DNA of 64,000 nucleotides from Octopus sinensis (Eukaryota): NCBI RefSeq assembly GCF_006345805.1, contig NC_043011.1, positions 34,174,464 to 34,238,463 of the forward strand, read 5' to 3'. Shown piece by piece: positions 50,817 to 62,967 of this stretch (position 1 is its first letter; each line of letters starts with the position of its first letter). The notes under the pieces were generated by a model. It saw only the letters and a program-made list of their open reading frames with translations, ran no database searches and was not told where the DNA came from. The position numbers and the translations under genes were made by a program.

Positions 50817-51034
50817 CCCTTTAGCAATCAGATTCCTTTGTCATATGTATTGCTTATTTCTTCACATTGTTTTGCATTTATCAGGCATCATCCCATAGTT
50901 TCAATATGGTAATGATGTGATTGTATATTTTAGAATGACATTGTAGGGTAGGTATGAGAGCTTGGATCTGGTCAGTTTAACTTAAAACAGGCAGAATATT
51001 TTGGCTTGATATGACTGGTTTATATGCTAAAGGG
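50817..51034. mobile_element. piggyBac-like MITE (second copy about 25633-25854)
   Basis: CCCTTTAGCA.. / ..TGCTAAAGGG-TTAA; interior shared with the copy inside the U12 intron. Confidence 0.6.
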
Positions 51035-52241
51035 TTAAATGTCTTCACAGGTGGTGCTTTTGAATTTGCCTTTGCCTGGGCTAACTCTGGCTGAAAAGGT
51101 ATCTAAGTATTCTAAAGTAGTTATCTTACTTTTGTCATACAACTTCTAGGTCAGCCCTAGTCAAACAGAATGTCTAGGCACAATCCTCAGGTCCATATCT
51201 TTGCTTCAGTCATATTTCTGTAATTTGTGACCATTGTCAGTGTCAAGGAACTGACAATGATGCCAGTGACATGTAAAAAATACTTTTTGAGCACTGGCCC
51301 TCCCAGAGGCAATGACAGATGACTGAGACCTTTGACAATATGCTCTGTTTGAGAAGGAAGATACATCAAGCCAAGTGAAATCATATTCATTGCAGATATT
51401 GGTGTGACACAACTGGCACTTGTGCCTGTGACACGTAAAAGCACCCATTACACTCTTGGAGTGGTTTGCATTAAGAAGGGTATCCCGCCATAGGAACCAT
51501 GCTAAATCAGACTGGAATCTGGCACAGCCCCTCAACGTGCCAGCCCAACCCATGCCAGCATGGACAATGGACATTAAATGATGAAGATGATATTGAATGG
51601 AAATATTTTCTTTAAATATTTATTTATTGAATTCTATCAATAAAGTATCTGCAAGGTTACAAAACACTCTTTTTTTATGTAGGATTACATTATCCAGTGT
51701 GTCCTTATATTTTTTAAGATAGGTTGTTATTTGAGTAAGATATGGCGACCTGGCTGAGGTTTCTTTTTGTTTTCTTTTTTTCATTTACATTGAGAAACTG
51801 TATAGAAGTCCTCTCATTAACACAAGAAGAAGTAGAAATATAGTCCCAATAATTTGGATCTGATCTCACATGATGTTACATGCCACACCAAAAATGATAC
51901 AAAGAAGAGCAAATACTTCTTTCTATTTTGGCACAAGGCCAGCCATTTTGAGAGGAGGGGGAGAAACTGAGTAAAACAACCCCAGTTTTGACTGATCCGT
52001 ATTTTATCAACCTCGAAATGTTGAAAGGTAAAGTTGACCTCAACAAGATTCGAGCTCAGAACATAAAGCCAGAAGAAATATTCTAAGCTTTTTGACCAAA
52101 GGGCTAATGATTCTTCCACTTTGCCACTTTACATCTTTTCATAATTTTCATCTGTCTTTAAAATTTACAAATACATAACCACAAGGACACTGTTGTTGTT
52201 ATTATTTTTTTATCATTGTTGATGTTCTTAATCTCTTTCAG

Positions 52242-52356
52242 TTGATGACATTATTGCTCATCTACAGAACCTAGATTTATCTGGTGGTTGTGTGGCAGCT
52301 TGTGAAGACTATGTTGGTGGTTTCTGGACATTTTTGTGCTCAGCAGCATGCAAAGT
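52242..52356 (+). CDS. Secreted prepropeptide coding exon 2 (IDDIIAHLQNLDLSGGCVAACEDYVGGFWTFLCSAACK)
   Basis: CTTAAT branch-like site plus CTCTTTCAG acceptor, phase-1 match, open frame, four Cys, GT|GTAAGT donor (phase 2). Confidence 0.85.
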
Positions 52357-53786
52357 GTAAGTTGGTGCTTTGTGTTTCTTTGTTCCTTTCTGAGACTGAG
52401 AATTTTCAGTCTTAAAAGTAGATACTGTAAGATTAAGTTGCTGAATTAGTAACCATTTTAGTCATAAGTTCAAACCATACAACTACAGCTATTGGATTAT
52501 GGTTTCCGGCCAAGCTTCACAAATCTATTTTATGTGACTCATAAAGCAGGTTTTGTTCCTACTTCAGAGAATTTTTGAGTTTTATAATTATCTTCCCTTG
52601 GTCTGAATTGCCACTTGATAATTATGACATATATCTTGAGATGGAAATAATTTTGATAAATCAAGAGTTTATGTTATATGGTATTTGATATACCTGTATT
52701 TTTCTATGTTGTTCAAATATGTTATTTCTCTGAGCTCATTTTTGTTTTAATTAATGCAAATTACCTTGCTGCTAAACTATGTTTGGCTCTTTCAGTTTAT
52801 GAAAGTCCTTTCCCACATGCATGTACACACACACACACAGACACACTCATTACACACACATATGACAGGCTTCCACACAGTTTCCATGTACCAAATTTGC
52901 ACACAAAACATTAGTCAGTTCAGGACCAAAGCTGAAGACACTTGCCCAAGGTGCTGTGCAGTAGGAGCGAACTCAGAATCACACTGATGCAAATTGAGTT
53001 TCATACCAGTCAAGTACCAGAGTTAATGGTATCGATAAATCACCTCCCTTGGGATTAACTAGCATTGTACCTCAGTTTGAAGCCGTTATACTATAAGATG
53101 GTAAATTGCCCAAGCCATTGGTGTTGGATATGTCTTCTTGGAGTTTTCACCTTAATTCTCTTCCCCCAGTTCAATTTTTGCTGAGATCAACTTTGTATTC
53201 CATCGTTTCTGATAGGTGGAGTCAAAAACACCTTCTGTCAATCAAAAATACCTGACTGGCAGAACTGTTAGAGATTTCCATTATCTGTTTCAGCTCTATG
53301 CTCTCTGGGTTTAAATCCTACCAAAGTCAACTTTGTTTCCCATCGTTTCTCGGAGCAACAAATACATACTAATCTACCGATATAAGGTGATATAGGATAA
53401 TGGAACTGTTAGAACCTCACTTTATGCATTATGGTTCTTTATGTCCTCACACACAATGCCTGTGGCAACACAGTTCCAAGCTACATTATCCATGTTTTTC
53501 CCTTGGAAATCAACCTTTGTGAAAGGGAGAAGGGAAGCTTGCCCCCAACAGGGCAAATGTTTGTCCGCTACATGAATGAATGAATAAAAACATTGCTCTG
53601 GCCTGTACCCTGGAGAAGGAAAGACTTTCCAGTTGCACAAATCTATGTTCAACCATGTCTGTTGAAACTGAAATAAACTACATCAGGGAAGAAGTATTTA
53701 AGAATGTACAAAACTGTTAAAATTCACTTAAAATATATTTCAAGCTCATTATAAATTTCATATATAAATTTTAATTTATTCCATGA

Positions 53787-54181
53787 CTAGCAGTATCGCC
53801 CGGCGTTGCTCGGGTTTGTAAGGGAAATAATTATATAAGCATTTTTAGAGATGTAAAGTATAATAGCCATCTCAATATGGCTAACCACAAAGGGGGAGGG
53901 GTGTTACTGTAGCTTTTTACGTTCTGAGATTTAATAATAAATTTTAGAGAGTTACTTCCCTTATATATGTCAAAAATGGATTAAAAATGGGAAAAATTGA
54001 TGGTAAATTATTTTTTAAATCGTAGACTCATCGTAGACGCGCGCTAATACCCAGACAGTCTCGATATGAATCACGACTATAAGATACCCGGTTTTGGTTA
54101 AACTGCACCGCAAAATGTGGGAGTAGTTAGGAATCTAAATCGTAGGAGACAGACACACAACCTCACTTTTATATATAAAGA
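53787..54181 (-). mobile_element. Complete non-autonomous Helitron
   Basis: Minus strand starts A|TCTTTATATATAAAAG and ends with hairpin CCCG-AGCAACGC-CGGG then CTAG|T; inserted between A and T without TSD. Confidence 0.85.
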
Positions 54182-54413
54182 TTTCCTCTATTTACATAAT
54201 ATTGAGGTCTCTTTCTTTCTTTTGTTATCTTACTGTTTTTACCAATATACATATATATATATATATAAATATATATGTAGTTACAGAGATGTACTTGCAT
54301 AGCAAGTGACTTGATCTGAGATCGTGTGCTGGAACGAAAACAGTTGCAGCGTTGAAGGTGTTTATAAGCCATTTAAGAAACACACAAAAACCGTTAGATT
54401 CACTTCAACATTT

Positions 54414-54532
54414 AAATTTAATTTGTCAAAATATTTTCGTCGCTTTGAGACCGCGACCTGTTAGCACGATATTTTTGTCAGTGAACAGGTCGCGGTCTCA
54501 AAGCGAGGAAAATATTTTGGCAAATTAAATTT
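54414..54532. repeat. Near-perfect 49-bp-arm inverted repeat
   Basis: Arms 54414-54462 and 54484-54532, two mismatches, 21-nt spacer. Confidence 0.88.
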
Positions 54533-54574
54533 TTTGGTCTTATGTTCAAGGCATGAGAAAGCTTGAGTTTACAT

Positions 54575-54855
54575 GAGAAGGCCTAACAGACCTGGTAGAA
54601 ACAGCAGCCAAATCTCCCTCAAATCACACCTTACTGTCTTATGTATGTATATATATATGAGCCAATGAGGGGGACCTCTACATGTTAGCTAGACCTGGTA
54701 GAAATAGCAGCCAAATTTCCCCCAAATCACACCTTACTGTCTTATCTATGTATATATATATGTATGAGCCTATGAGGGAGACCCCTACATGGCAGCTAGA
54801 CATGGTAGAAATAGCAGCCAAATCTCCCTCAAATCACACCTTACTGTCTTATCTT
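54575..54855. repeat. Three tandem copies of an approximately 105-bp unit
   Basis: AGAC(C/A)TGGTAGAAA(C/T)AGCAGCCAAAT..CAAATCACACCTTACTGTCTTAT at about 54588, 54691 and 54797. Confidence 0.85.
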
Positions 54856-57800
54856 TCTGCTACTTGGATATAGGTGTTATATTCGTCGTAAAAAACTTTC
54901 CTGTTACACACTCACGCACACGCACACACACACACGCACCCTCACACACACACGCACCCTCACACACACACACACGCGCACACACACACACACACTCACA
55001 CACACGCACGTTAGCTTACAATTTTATTTATATATTTGCGTGTCTATGTGTGGAAAGAGGAAGTGGGAGGCAGAGTGAAAGAATCACTCACTACAGTAAG
55101 TGAATTACTTTCATTTTATTTGTTGCCCACTGTGTGTGTGCGTTTGCGTGTGGTGTAAACCAGACTAAGAAAAGCATTTGACACACACACCAGAATGTGA
55201 GTTTTCTGTAAATTTTGCTTAATTGGAGTTTAAATTTTAAAAACTGGACCTGGCATGACGCGATGCATTGTACTCTTAAAAATGCTAGGTAAATTGTAAT
55301 TGAAGAAATCCTATATTGTAGATTTGTATAACTCCCAAAGGGAGGCAGATAAAATCTGCCTTTTATAATAAGAGATCCATTAAATAAATTTGTATTTAAA
55401 ATGAATTTCACAATTAGATTTATTCTATGAGTTCATCATCATCATCATCGTTTTAACATCTGTTTTTCCACGTTGGCATAGGTCAACTGGATTTTTGTTG
55501 TGACATATTTTCTATGTCCAAATGTTCATAGTGTCACCAATATACACCTGTTTCCAAGACCGATAACATTTCCCCATGATCAGACATGTTTTTCGCAGAA
55601 CACTGCATATGAACAACACCATTTGTATGATGGTGACACTCGTTTACAGCCACCACATGACAAGGATATGTAAATAAAGTGAAGTTATCTTCTTCAGTCA
55701 TGCCAACTCATAATGGCTGGTTTCCTGGTTTCCATATAAATTCCCCACCTGGATGGAACTCCAGTCTGTTGCAGGATTACTCATTTTTGCCAGCTGAGTG
55801 GACTGGAGCAACATGAAATGGAGTGTTTTGCTCAAGAAAACAATGTGTCACCTGGTCCAGGAATTGAAACTGCAATCTTATAATCATGAGTCCAACACCC
55901 AAATCACTAAACCACGCATCTTCACTATGACAAGGATATAGTCACACAACCGTCAACAGGCAACTTTGGATTTTTGCTTATCACTCCACACACAAAGGTT
56001 TGGTTGACACAAGGCTGTAAGTAAGAAGATACTTGCCTGAGATGCTGTGTAGTGAAATTGAACCTGAAACTACATGGTTGGGAGACAAGTTTCTTAACCA
56101 CACTGTCCCACCTGCATCTAAGCCATACCTACACCTGCAATGCAATTTAAATTTGAAGTAAATTTAACATTTTTGCATGTTATTCAAAGGCTCTTCCACA
56201 GTGTAGTTCTAGGGTTAATTTTCCATCCATCAATCCATTTTCTCTGCTTACTATTCCTGAGATGGTCTTGGGAGGAGAGATTTCAAGAACCCCCTCTGTA
56301 TGGTCCTATCAGAAGCATCCGTCATTACACATTCTGGCCAGATTCCCAATAGTGACCAACTAAGACTATGGATATCATCCAACCATCTTGCTCCTGGTCT
56401 ACTCCTAGGTTTCCTGCCAGTTGGCTCACCTTGAAAACCAACTTGGTATTCTTACCTGTGATATTCTAATCACATGTCTGTGGTGGCTTGAACTGTGACC
56501 TTTCAGTCTGGAGAAGTGGCTTCATTTGGAGAGGCTACTTAATCTTCAAATTATGCACCCTGTGGAACAACAATGTTCCAGATATCCCTATGAGGAACCC
56601 CATTTTGACTGCTTGTATTTGCAATCCTACTGTTTCTGTTGTTACCCAACATTCTTGACCATAGATGAGGGGAAGCATGAAAACCAAACCTGATGAAAAC
56701 TACGAACCTCATCTCAACTTCATTATTTATTAATTCTGAAATTATGAAACTGCTTAAATTTTTAATTAACAATAATTTGTTCACAAGGCCTGAAATTTGG
56801 TAGTGGGGGTGGGGGATGATTAAGTACATATACTCTAGGGCTCAACTGGTACTCAGTCTATTGACCCTGAAAGGATGAAAGGCAAAGTTGTCATTGGTGG
56901 AATTTGAACTCAGAAAGATGAAAGACAGATGAAAATGCCGCTAAGCATTTTGTCTAGCATGTTAACAATTCTGCCAGCTCATCATCATCATCGTTTAACG
57001 TCCACTTTCCATGCTGGCTTTGGTTCGACAGTTTGACTGAGGATGAAATGCGTAGCCGTATTTCATCTGCCGTTACATTCTGAGTTCAAATTCCGCCAAG
57101 GTCGACTTTGCCTTTCATCCTTTTGGGGTCAATAAATTAAGTACCAGTTATGCACTGAGGTCGATGTAATCAACTTAATCCGTTTGTCTGTTTTTGTTTG
57201 TCCTCTCTGTGTTTAGCCCCTTGTGGGTAGTAAAGAAATAGGTTTGACTGAGGACTGGCAAGCCAGGAGGCTGCACCAGGCTCCAATCTGTTCTTGCAAG
57301 GCTCCATTGTTCAACTGGTACTTAATTTATTGACTCTGAAAGGATGAAAGACAAAGCTGACCTCAACAGAATTTGAACTCATACTGTAAAGCAGGAAGAA
57401 ATGCTGCTAAGCATTTGTCCAAATTGCCAACACTTCTGCCAGCTCACTGCCTTAAATACTTACCATTTTTAACTTGTATAAGGAACCCACATGTATAAGG
57501 AATCCCCTAATTTGGAGATTTGTGTTTCAAGGAATTAAGTAATTTATTAATATCTATAATACTATAGTGTAAGAAAATCCCATATTTTTTTAGCCTAATT
57601 TAGCCTAAAATGGGTTCCTTATACATGTTGAAATATGGTGATTAATAATCCTTTCTACTATAGGCACAAGGCCTGAAATTCGAGGGGAGGGGGCCAGTTG
57701 ATTGCATCAACCCCTAGTCCTCAACCGCTACTTATTTTATTGTCCCTTGAAAAATGAAAGGCAAAGTTAACTTTGGTAGAATTTGAACTCAGAAAATAAA

Positions 57801-57922
57801 GATAGATGGAAATATTGCTAAGCATTTTACCTGGTGTGCTAATCATCCTGCCAGCCTTAAATTTTTAATTAATAATTAAATTCTTTCTCTATAATGATTT
57901 TTTTTTCTTCTTTCTTTTCTAG

Positions 57923-57944
57923 TCTCCTGGAACAAACTGGTTAA
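57923..57944 (+). CDS. Secreted prepropeptide final coding exon (V-LLEQTG*)
   Basis: Over 20-nt polypyrimidine tract plus TAG at 57920-57922, phase-2 fit, TAA at 57942-57944, AATAAA at 57985. Confidence 0.75.
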
Positions 57945-57984
57945 GAAAGGTCTTCCACTTTTAGGAAAAATGTAATTTGAGCTG

Positions 57985-57990
57985 AATAAA
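57985..57990 (+). terminator. Polyadenylation signal of the peptide gene
   Basis: AATAAA 40 nt after the stop, followed by GT-rich TTGTTTTAGTGTGT. Confidence 0.65.
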
Positions 57991-58150
57991 GAAATTTAAA
58001 ATATAAATATTGTTTTAGTGTGTCATTATACTTGATTAGTGTGATTATAAGTATTTGTGTATATGAGTATGTATGCATATGTATGTTTATTTGTATATGT
58101 GTAATATATTTATGTGTATTTGTATATGTGTAATATATTTATATTGTATA

Positions 58151-58400
58151 CGTGTAATATATTTATATATAATATATTTATATATACACATATGTATATG
58201 TGTAATATATTTATATATAATATATTTATATATACACATATGTATACGTGTAATATATTTATATATAATATATTTATATATACACATATGTATATGTGTA
58301 ATATATTTATATATAATATATTTATATATACACATATGTATACGTGTAATATATTTATATATAATATATTTATATATACACATATGTATATGTGTAATAT
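58151..58400. repeat. 48-bp minisatellite with alternating C/T variants (96-bp higher-order unit)
   Basis: Units start at 58151(C), 58199(T), 58247(C), 58295(T), 58343(C) and 58391(T, partial). Confidence 0.9.
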
Positions 58401-59520
58401 ATTTGTATATGTGTAATATATTTATATATGCAGGTGTGACTGAATCCAGAACCAAATTGTTCTGGGTTCAATCCCAATGCATGACACCTTGGGTAAGTGT
58501 CTTCCACTACAGCCCTCATTTAGCAAAGTAGATTTGATAGATAGAAACTGAAAGAATCTCATCGTGTTTGTGTGTGTGTGTGTGTGTGTGTGTTTCTACG
58601 TACGTGTGTGTGTTGTGCTTGCATGTGTTTATCTCCCACCATAACTTAGCAACTGGTGTTGGTTTGTTTATATCCCTGTAACTTAGCAAATTTGACAAAA
58701 TAGATTGATAAAATAAGCACTGGGCTTTAAAAAGAGACGCTGAGATCGATGCATTCAATTAAAATCTACCAAGGCAGTACCCGAGCATGGCTGCAGTCCA
58801 ATGACTGAAGCAAGGAAAAGGTAAAAGATTTGCATTTTATGTTTGTGTGTATATGCGGATTTGGGTATTGGAGCATGCATGAATATATTAATATGCATGT
58901 ATGTATGCATGCATAAAAGTATGTTTCTGTATGTATATGTGGGTATATGTATATGCTTGTGTATGTATGCATGCTTGCAGACATGTGCAGATATGTTATA
59001 TAGCATATGTTATATTGTGTACTACATGTGTGTGTATATGTGTATATATGTTAAAGCATGTCATTGCATAAATTATACATATAGATCTGTGTATATTTTT
59101 GTGCATGTGTGCATGCATGTATGCATGTGTAAATGTGTGTGTGTGTGTGTGTCCACATTTGTGCATGTGTGTGTATATTTGCATGTTTTTTTATATGTGA
59201 AAATAAACAAGAAAAATGTCATCTGAATCATAAGATATCATAAGCCCTCATAGATTCAGCTATGAGAGATCAATAATTCTGACGCTGCTTTTGTCAGACA
59301 ACTACCGACATTCTAAGAGAAAGAGGAAAAAACATTCCATGAACTTCCATGAGATTGTAATTAATTTCATCTTTAACCCCTTGACAACGGTTGACGCAAA
59401 AATGCGATCACACCTTTCCTTGCCTACCCGCGGTGAACAAAAATATACGATGTAGAGCTGCCCTACATCTATCACAGACTTTTAGCAGCTGACGTATGTT
59501 TACGTTCGGTATCGTGCACT

Positions 59521-59753
59521 AAGGCGGCGAGCTGGCAGATACGTTAGCACGCCGGGCGAAATGCTTAGCCGTATTTCGTCTGCCGTTACGTTCTGAGTTC
59601 AAATTCCGCCGAGGTTGACTTTGCCTTTCATCCTTTCGGGGTCGATTAAATAAGTACCAGTTACGCACTGGGATCGATATAATCGACTTAATCCGTGTGT
59701 CTGTCCTTGTTTGTCCTCTCTGTGTTTAGCCCCTTGTGGGTAGAGAAGAAATA
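59521..59753 (+). mobile_element. tRNA-derived SINE, most abundant family in the window
   Basis: A box TGGCAGATACG, B box GAGTTCAAATTCC, core GCCTTTCATCCTTTCGGGGTCGAT; 13-bp TSD GGTATCGTG(C/T)ACT. More than ten further copies, e.g. about 9110-9540, 13010-13830, 21355-21570, 32775-33005, 35420-35635, 56785-57860 and 61510-61737. Confidence 0.9.
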
Positions 59754-59966
59754 GGTATCGTGTACTTTATCTCTTTAGGTGCATACGCTCGCCGTATCGT
59801 GCATTATCTTAGCTACTTTAGGTTACGTTCAGGTCATGAGACTTGCGGTAGACCAATGACATGCGGATACTTTACATGCATAATACCGTGTTTTGAGTTG
59901 TACCACACGCAAGCTATTTTTTGAACTTGAGCAAAATAACTTATGCAGCATATATTATGATAAATA

Positions 59967-60344
59967 GGCGTAGGAGTGACTGTGTGGTAAGTAGCTTGGT
60001 TACCAACCACATGGTTCTGGGTTCAGTCCCACTGCGTAGCACCTTGGCTAAGTGTCTTCTACTATAGTCTCGGGTCGACCAAGTCCTTGTGAGTGGATTT
60101 GGTAGACGGAACTGAAAGAAAGCTGCCGTATATATGTATGTGCGTGTGTATATGTTTGTGTGTCTGTGTTTGTCCCCGCAACATCACTTGACAACCGATG
60201 CTGGTGTATTTACGTCCCCCTTAACTTAGCGGTTCGGCAAAATAGACTGATAGAATAAGTACTAGGCTTACAAAGAATGAGCCCTGCTTATGGCCACAGC
60301 ATGGTCACAGTCAAATGACTGAAACAAGTAAAAGAGAGAAAGAG
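59967..60344 (+). mobile_element. tRNA-derived SINE, second abundant family (tail ..ATGACTGAAACAAGTAAAAG)
   Basis: Head GTGACTGTGTGGTAAG..GGGTTCAGTCCC. Copies at about 15790-16070, 21020-21345, 26295-26690 (-), 27195-27350, 31720-32100, 44030-44660 and 58430-58830. Confidence 0.85.
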
Positions 60345-60637
60345 AAATAGCTTCACACACTTCGTTTTCATAAACCGGTAGACGTAAATGTACGACGTTA
60401 TGTTATTATAACGGTGAACGTAATGTGTGGCCTCATTAAATAAAAAAAATCGGAGCAGTGTCTCGCATGCTTCGGGTAATACCGGCGTCAAGGGGTTAAT
60501 GTTAATGAAAAGTCTCAATTCAAAAGCTATCGAATTAATAAGTTACAGGTTAAATCATACTGAAGAGTGTAATAGTGCAATATATGATTACGACCAACTG
60601 GAAAGTGTAAGAATGTCATAAGTGAGAAAATAAATAA

Positions 60638-61151
60638 CCGTAAATCCTTGAGTATAGTCCGCCCTTGAGTATAATACGTAGGGGATTTTTAGGGGGCTGT
60701 ACCTCTGAAAAGCCTAAACCTTCTGTATAATACGCACCCCTTCTCTAACTTGAGTCAAGGAGGTCTATATAACGTCCTTGGTTTATAAAAATGTATACGG
60801 TAACGTCCTTTATTATTATTGTATATATAACATAATGCAAACGTGTAGCTTTTTTGTGCATTTTGTTAGCAGAAAATAAAGAAATAACAATAATAACGTT
60901 TAATAAATGTTGCTTACTGCAAGTTATGGATGATTCTTTTATGACTTCATTGCTTTCAGGCTTAGCTTAAGGTATTTTCGTGCCCGATATCACAAAATGC
61001 GTCTAAATAAACATTTGCCGGACAGCAAATAGAGACTCGGACATTGCTTAGAAAATATCTTTCATTTTTTACCTCGTATATAGCACGCACTAGGAATTTT
61101 GACCTTTAAATTTTTGGTAAAAAAGTGCGGATTATACTCGAGGATTTACGG
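60638..61151. mobile_element. pogo/Tc2-like MITE
   Basis: TIRs CCGTAAATCCTTGAGTATAGTCCGC / GCGGATTATACTCGAGGATTTACGG; a smaller decayed relative lies at about 57463-57638. Confidence 0.75.
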
Positions 61152-62335
61152 AAACTGATAAGTGAGCTTTATGCATTTTCTTCCTTGTATTCCTTAATTT
61201 CAAATTCAAATTTCTAATCTTACCTCGTGTTGAGAGGGCCCAGGTATCACCCTTGTGTTAATAATCTTTACCAAAAGCAAGTGTATGTATTTGAATTATT
61301 TTAAAGATTTCTTCGGAATACTCCAAGCATACCCTATGAATATGCAACATGAAGTAAATAAGTGCTGTAAACTGAACTACAATCAATGCAATAAATATTG
61401 ATTATACAAAGGTATTGAGTTTTTTTTATATACTTTGTTCATTGTTTCACAATTAATGGGAAATAACATACATACACACACTACAAGCTCTCTTTCTATT
61501 ATATATGTTTCTTAATTACCCACAAGGGGCTACACACAGAGGGGACAAACAAGGACAGATAAACGAATTAAGTCGATTACATCGACCCCAGTGCGTAACT
61601 GTTACTTAATTTATCGACTCCGAAAGGATGAAAGGCAAAGTCGACCCCGGCGGAATTTGAACTCAGAACGTAACGGCAGACGAAATACGGCTACGCATTT
61701 CGCCCAGCGTGCTAACGTTTCTGCCAGCTCGCCGCCTTTTTATTATATAAGCTGGTCATGTAATTGGTCCCAGTTTAATTTCTCGAAAGAATTAGCTACA
61801 CATAATAACAGGCCACCAGACTGAAATTACATAAACGTAATAAACTATAGCACTCTACTTTTGTATTGAGTACTTCTTTGCCAGGTCATAGTGCAGGCTC
61901 ATTACCCACAATGTCATACTGGTTTTGTTTGAGAATTATGGTTAAGGAATACTCAGCCACTTACACATCAATTCAGGCCCAGGAAATTCTGTTGGTCAAA
62001 CTGAATCCTCATCATTGATTAAAGATACATATATATATGTATGTATAGGATACATAAATATACATAAAGGAGATACATAAATATATGTATGTATAGGATT
62101 AAGAATTATACTCACTGAATTACCTCCCCTCGACCGTGGATTTCCATATTCCATGCATTTCCTTAATGGGAAGCCTCACACATCCTGCAATTAATATTAC
62201 AATGGCTGCCCTTGTGACATTATTATTACACGGACTTTTTCAAACGGACAAAACCCTTTGCAACTTTCGTCCTGTGTTTTGTCCCTTTATGTTTTAATTG
62301 ATTTTTGTTAGCCCTTGGGGCCAATAAACGAACGA

Positions 62336-62389
<54 letters not shown>

Positions 62390-62416
62390 ATTATAATAAT
62401 AATAATAATAATAATA

Positions 62417-62449
<33 letters not shown>

Positions 62450-62536
62450 ATCATTATTATTATTATTATCATCATCATCATCATCATTATCATCATCATC
62501 ATCATTATTATTATTATTGTTATTATTATTAGTATT

Positions 62537-62936
62537 GGCTCTTTTTGGTTACAACAGCAGTTTTTCCTAGCGGTGCCATATGAAATTGTTACCCATAATT
62601 ATGACCCTAGTATCGATCTATTGCATTTCAATCTGTTTTAGGGTTATGGGGGGGGGTATCTTTTTTTCTTCAGAAATGTAAATAAACCCAATCTGTTTCT
62701 TAAACGAGGGACATATTCATACGTCTCAGAATGTTTTTTTTACCTCAATAGACGTCAGTGATTGGTTGAAATTGCAGAAATTGAAGAAAAAACAACAACA
62801 AATATCTTACAAACTATAGAATTTTCTCAATAAAGCCAAGAGAAAAAGATGTTTTATAAACACATTCTACCAGTATACGAAGTTTAAAAGTGTTTAGTTA
62901 CGTGTTTAGTTACTGCCGTTCAAACCGAAAAGATCC
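62537..62936. mobile_element. Shorter member of the GGATCTTTTC MITE family, inserted in an (ATT)n tract
   Basis: GGCTCTTTTTGG.. / ..CCGAAAAGATCC; 8-bp TSD TTAGTATT/TTATTATT. Confidence 0.75.
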
Positions 62937-62967
62937 TTATTATTATTAATATTAATATTATCATCAT

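Larger units (their letters stand above)
59377..60495. mobile_element. piggyBac-like MITE carrying two nested SINEs
   Basis: TTAA at 59373-59376 and 60496-60499; TIRs CCCCTTGACAACGGT / ACCGGCGTCAAGGGG. Confidence 0.85.

Noticed and set aside
54575-54855. Three direct repeats with short variable intervening segments, superficially CRISPR-like
   Set aside because: Eukaryotic context, units over 50 bp, the intervening segments are homologous to one another, and no cas genes; a simple tandem triplication.
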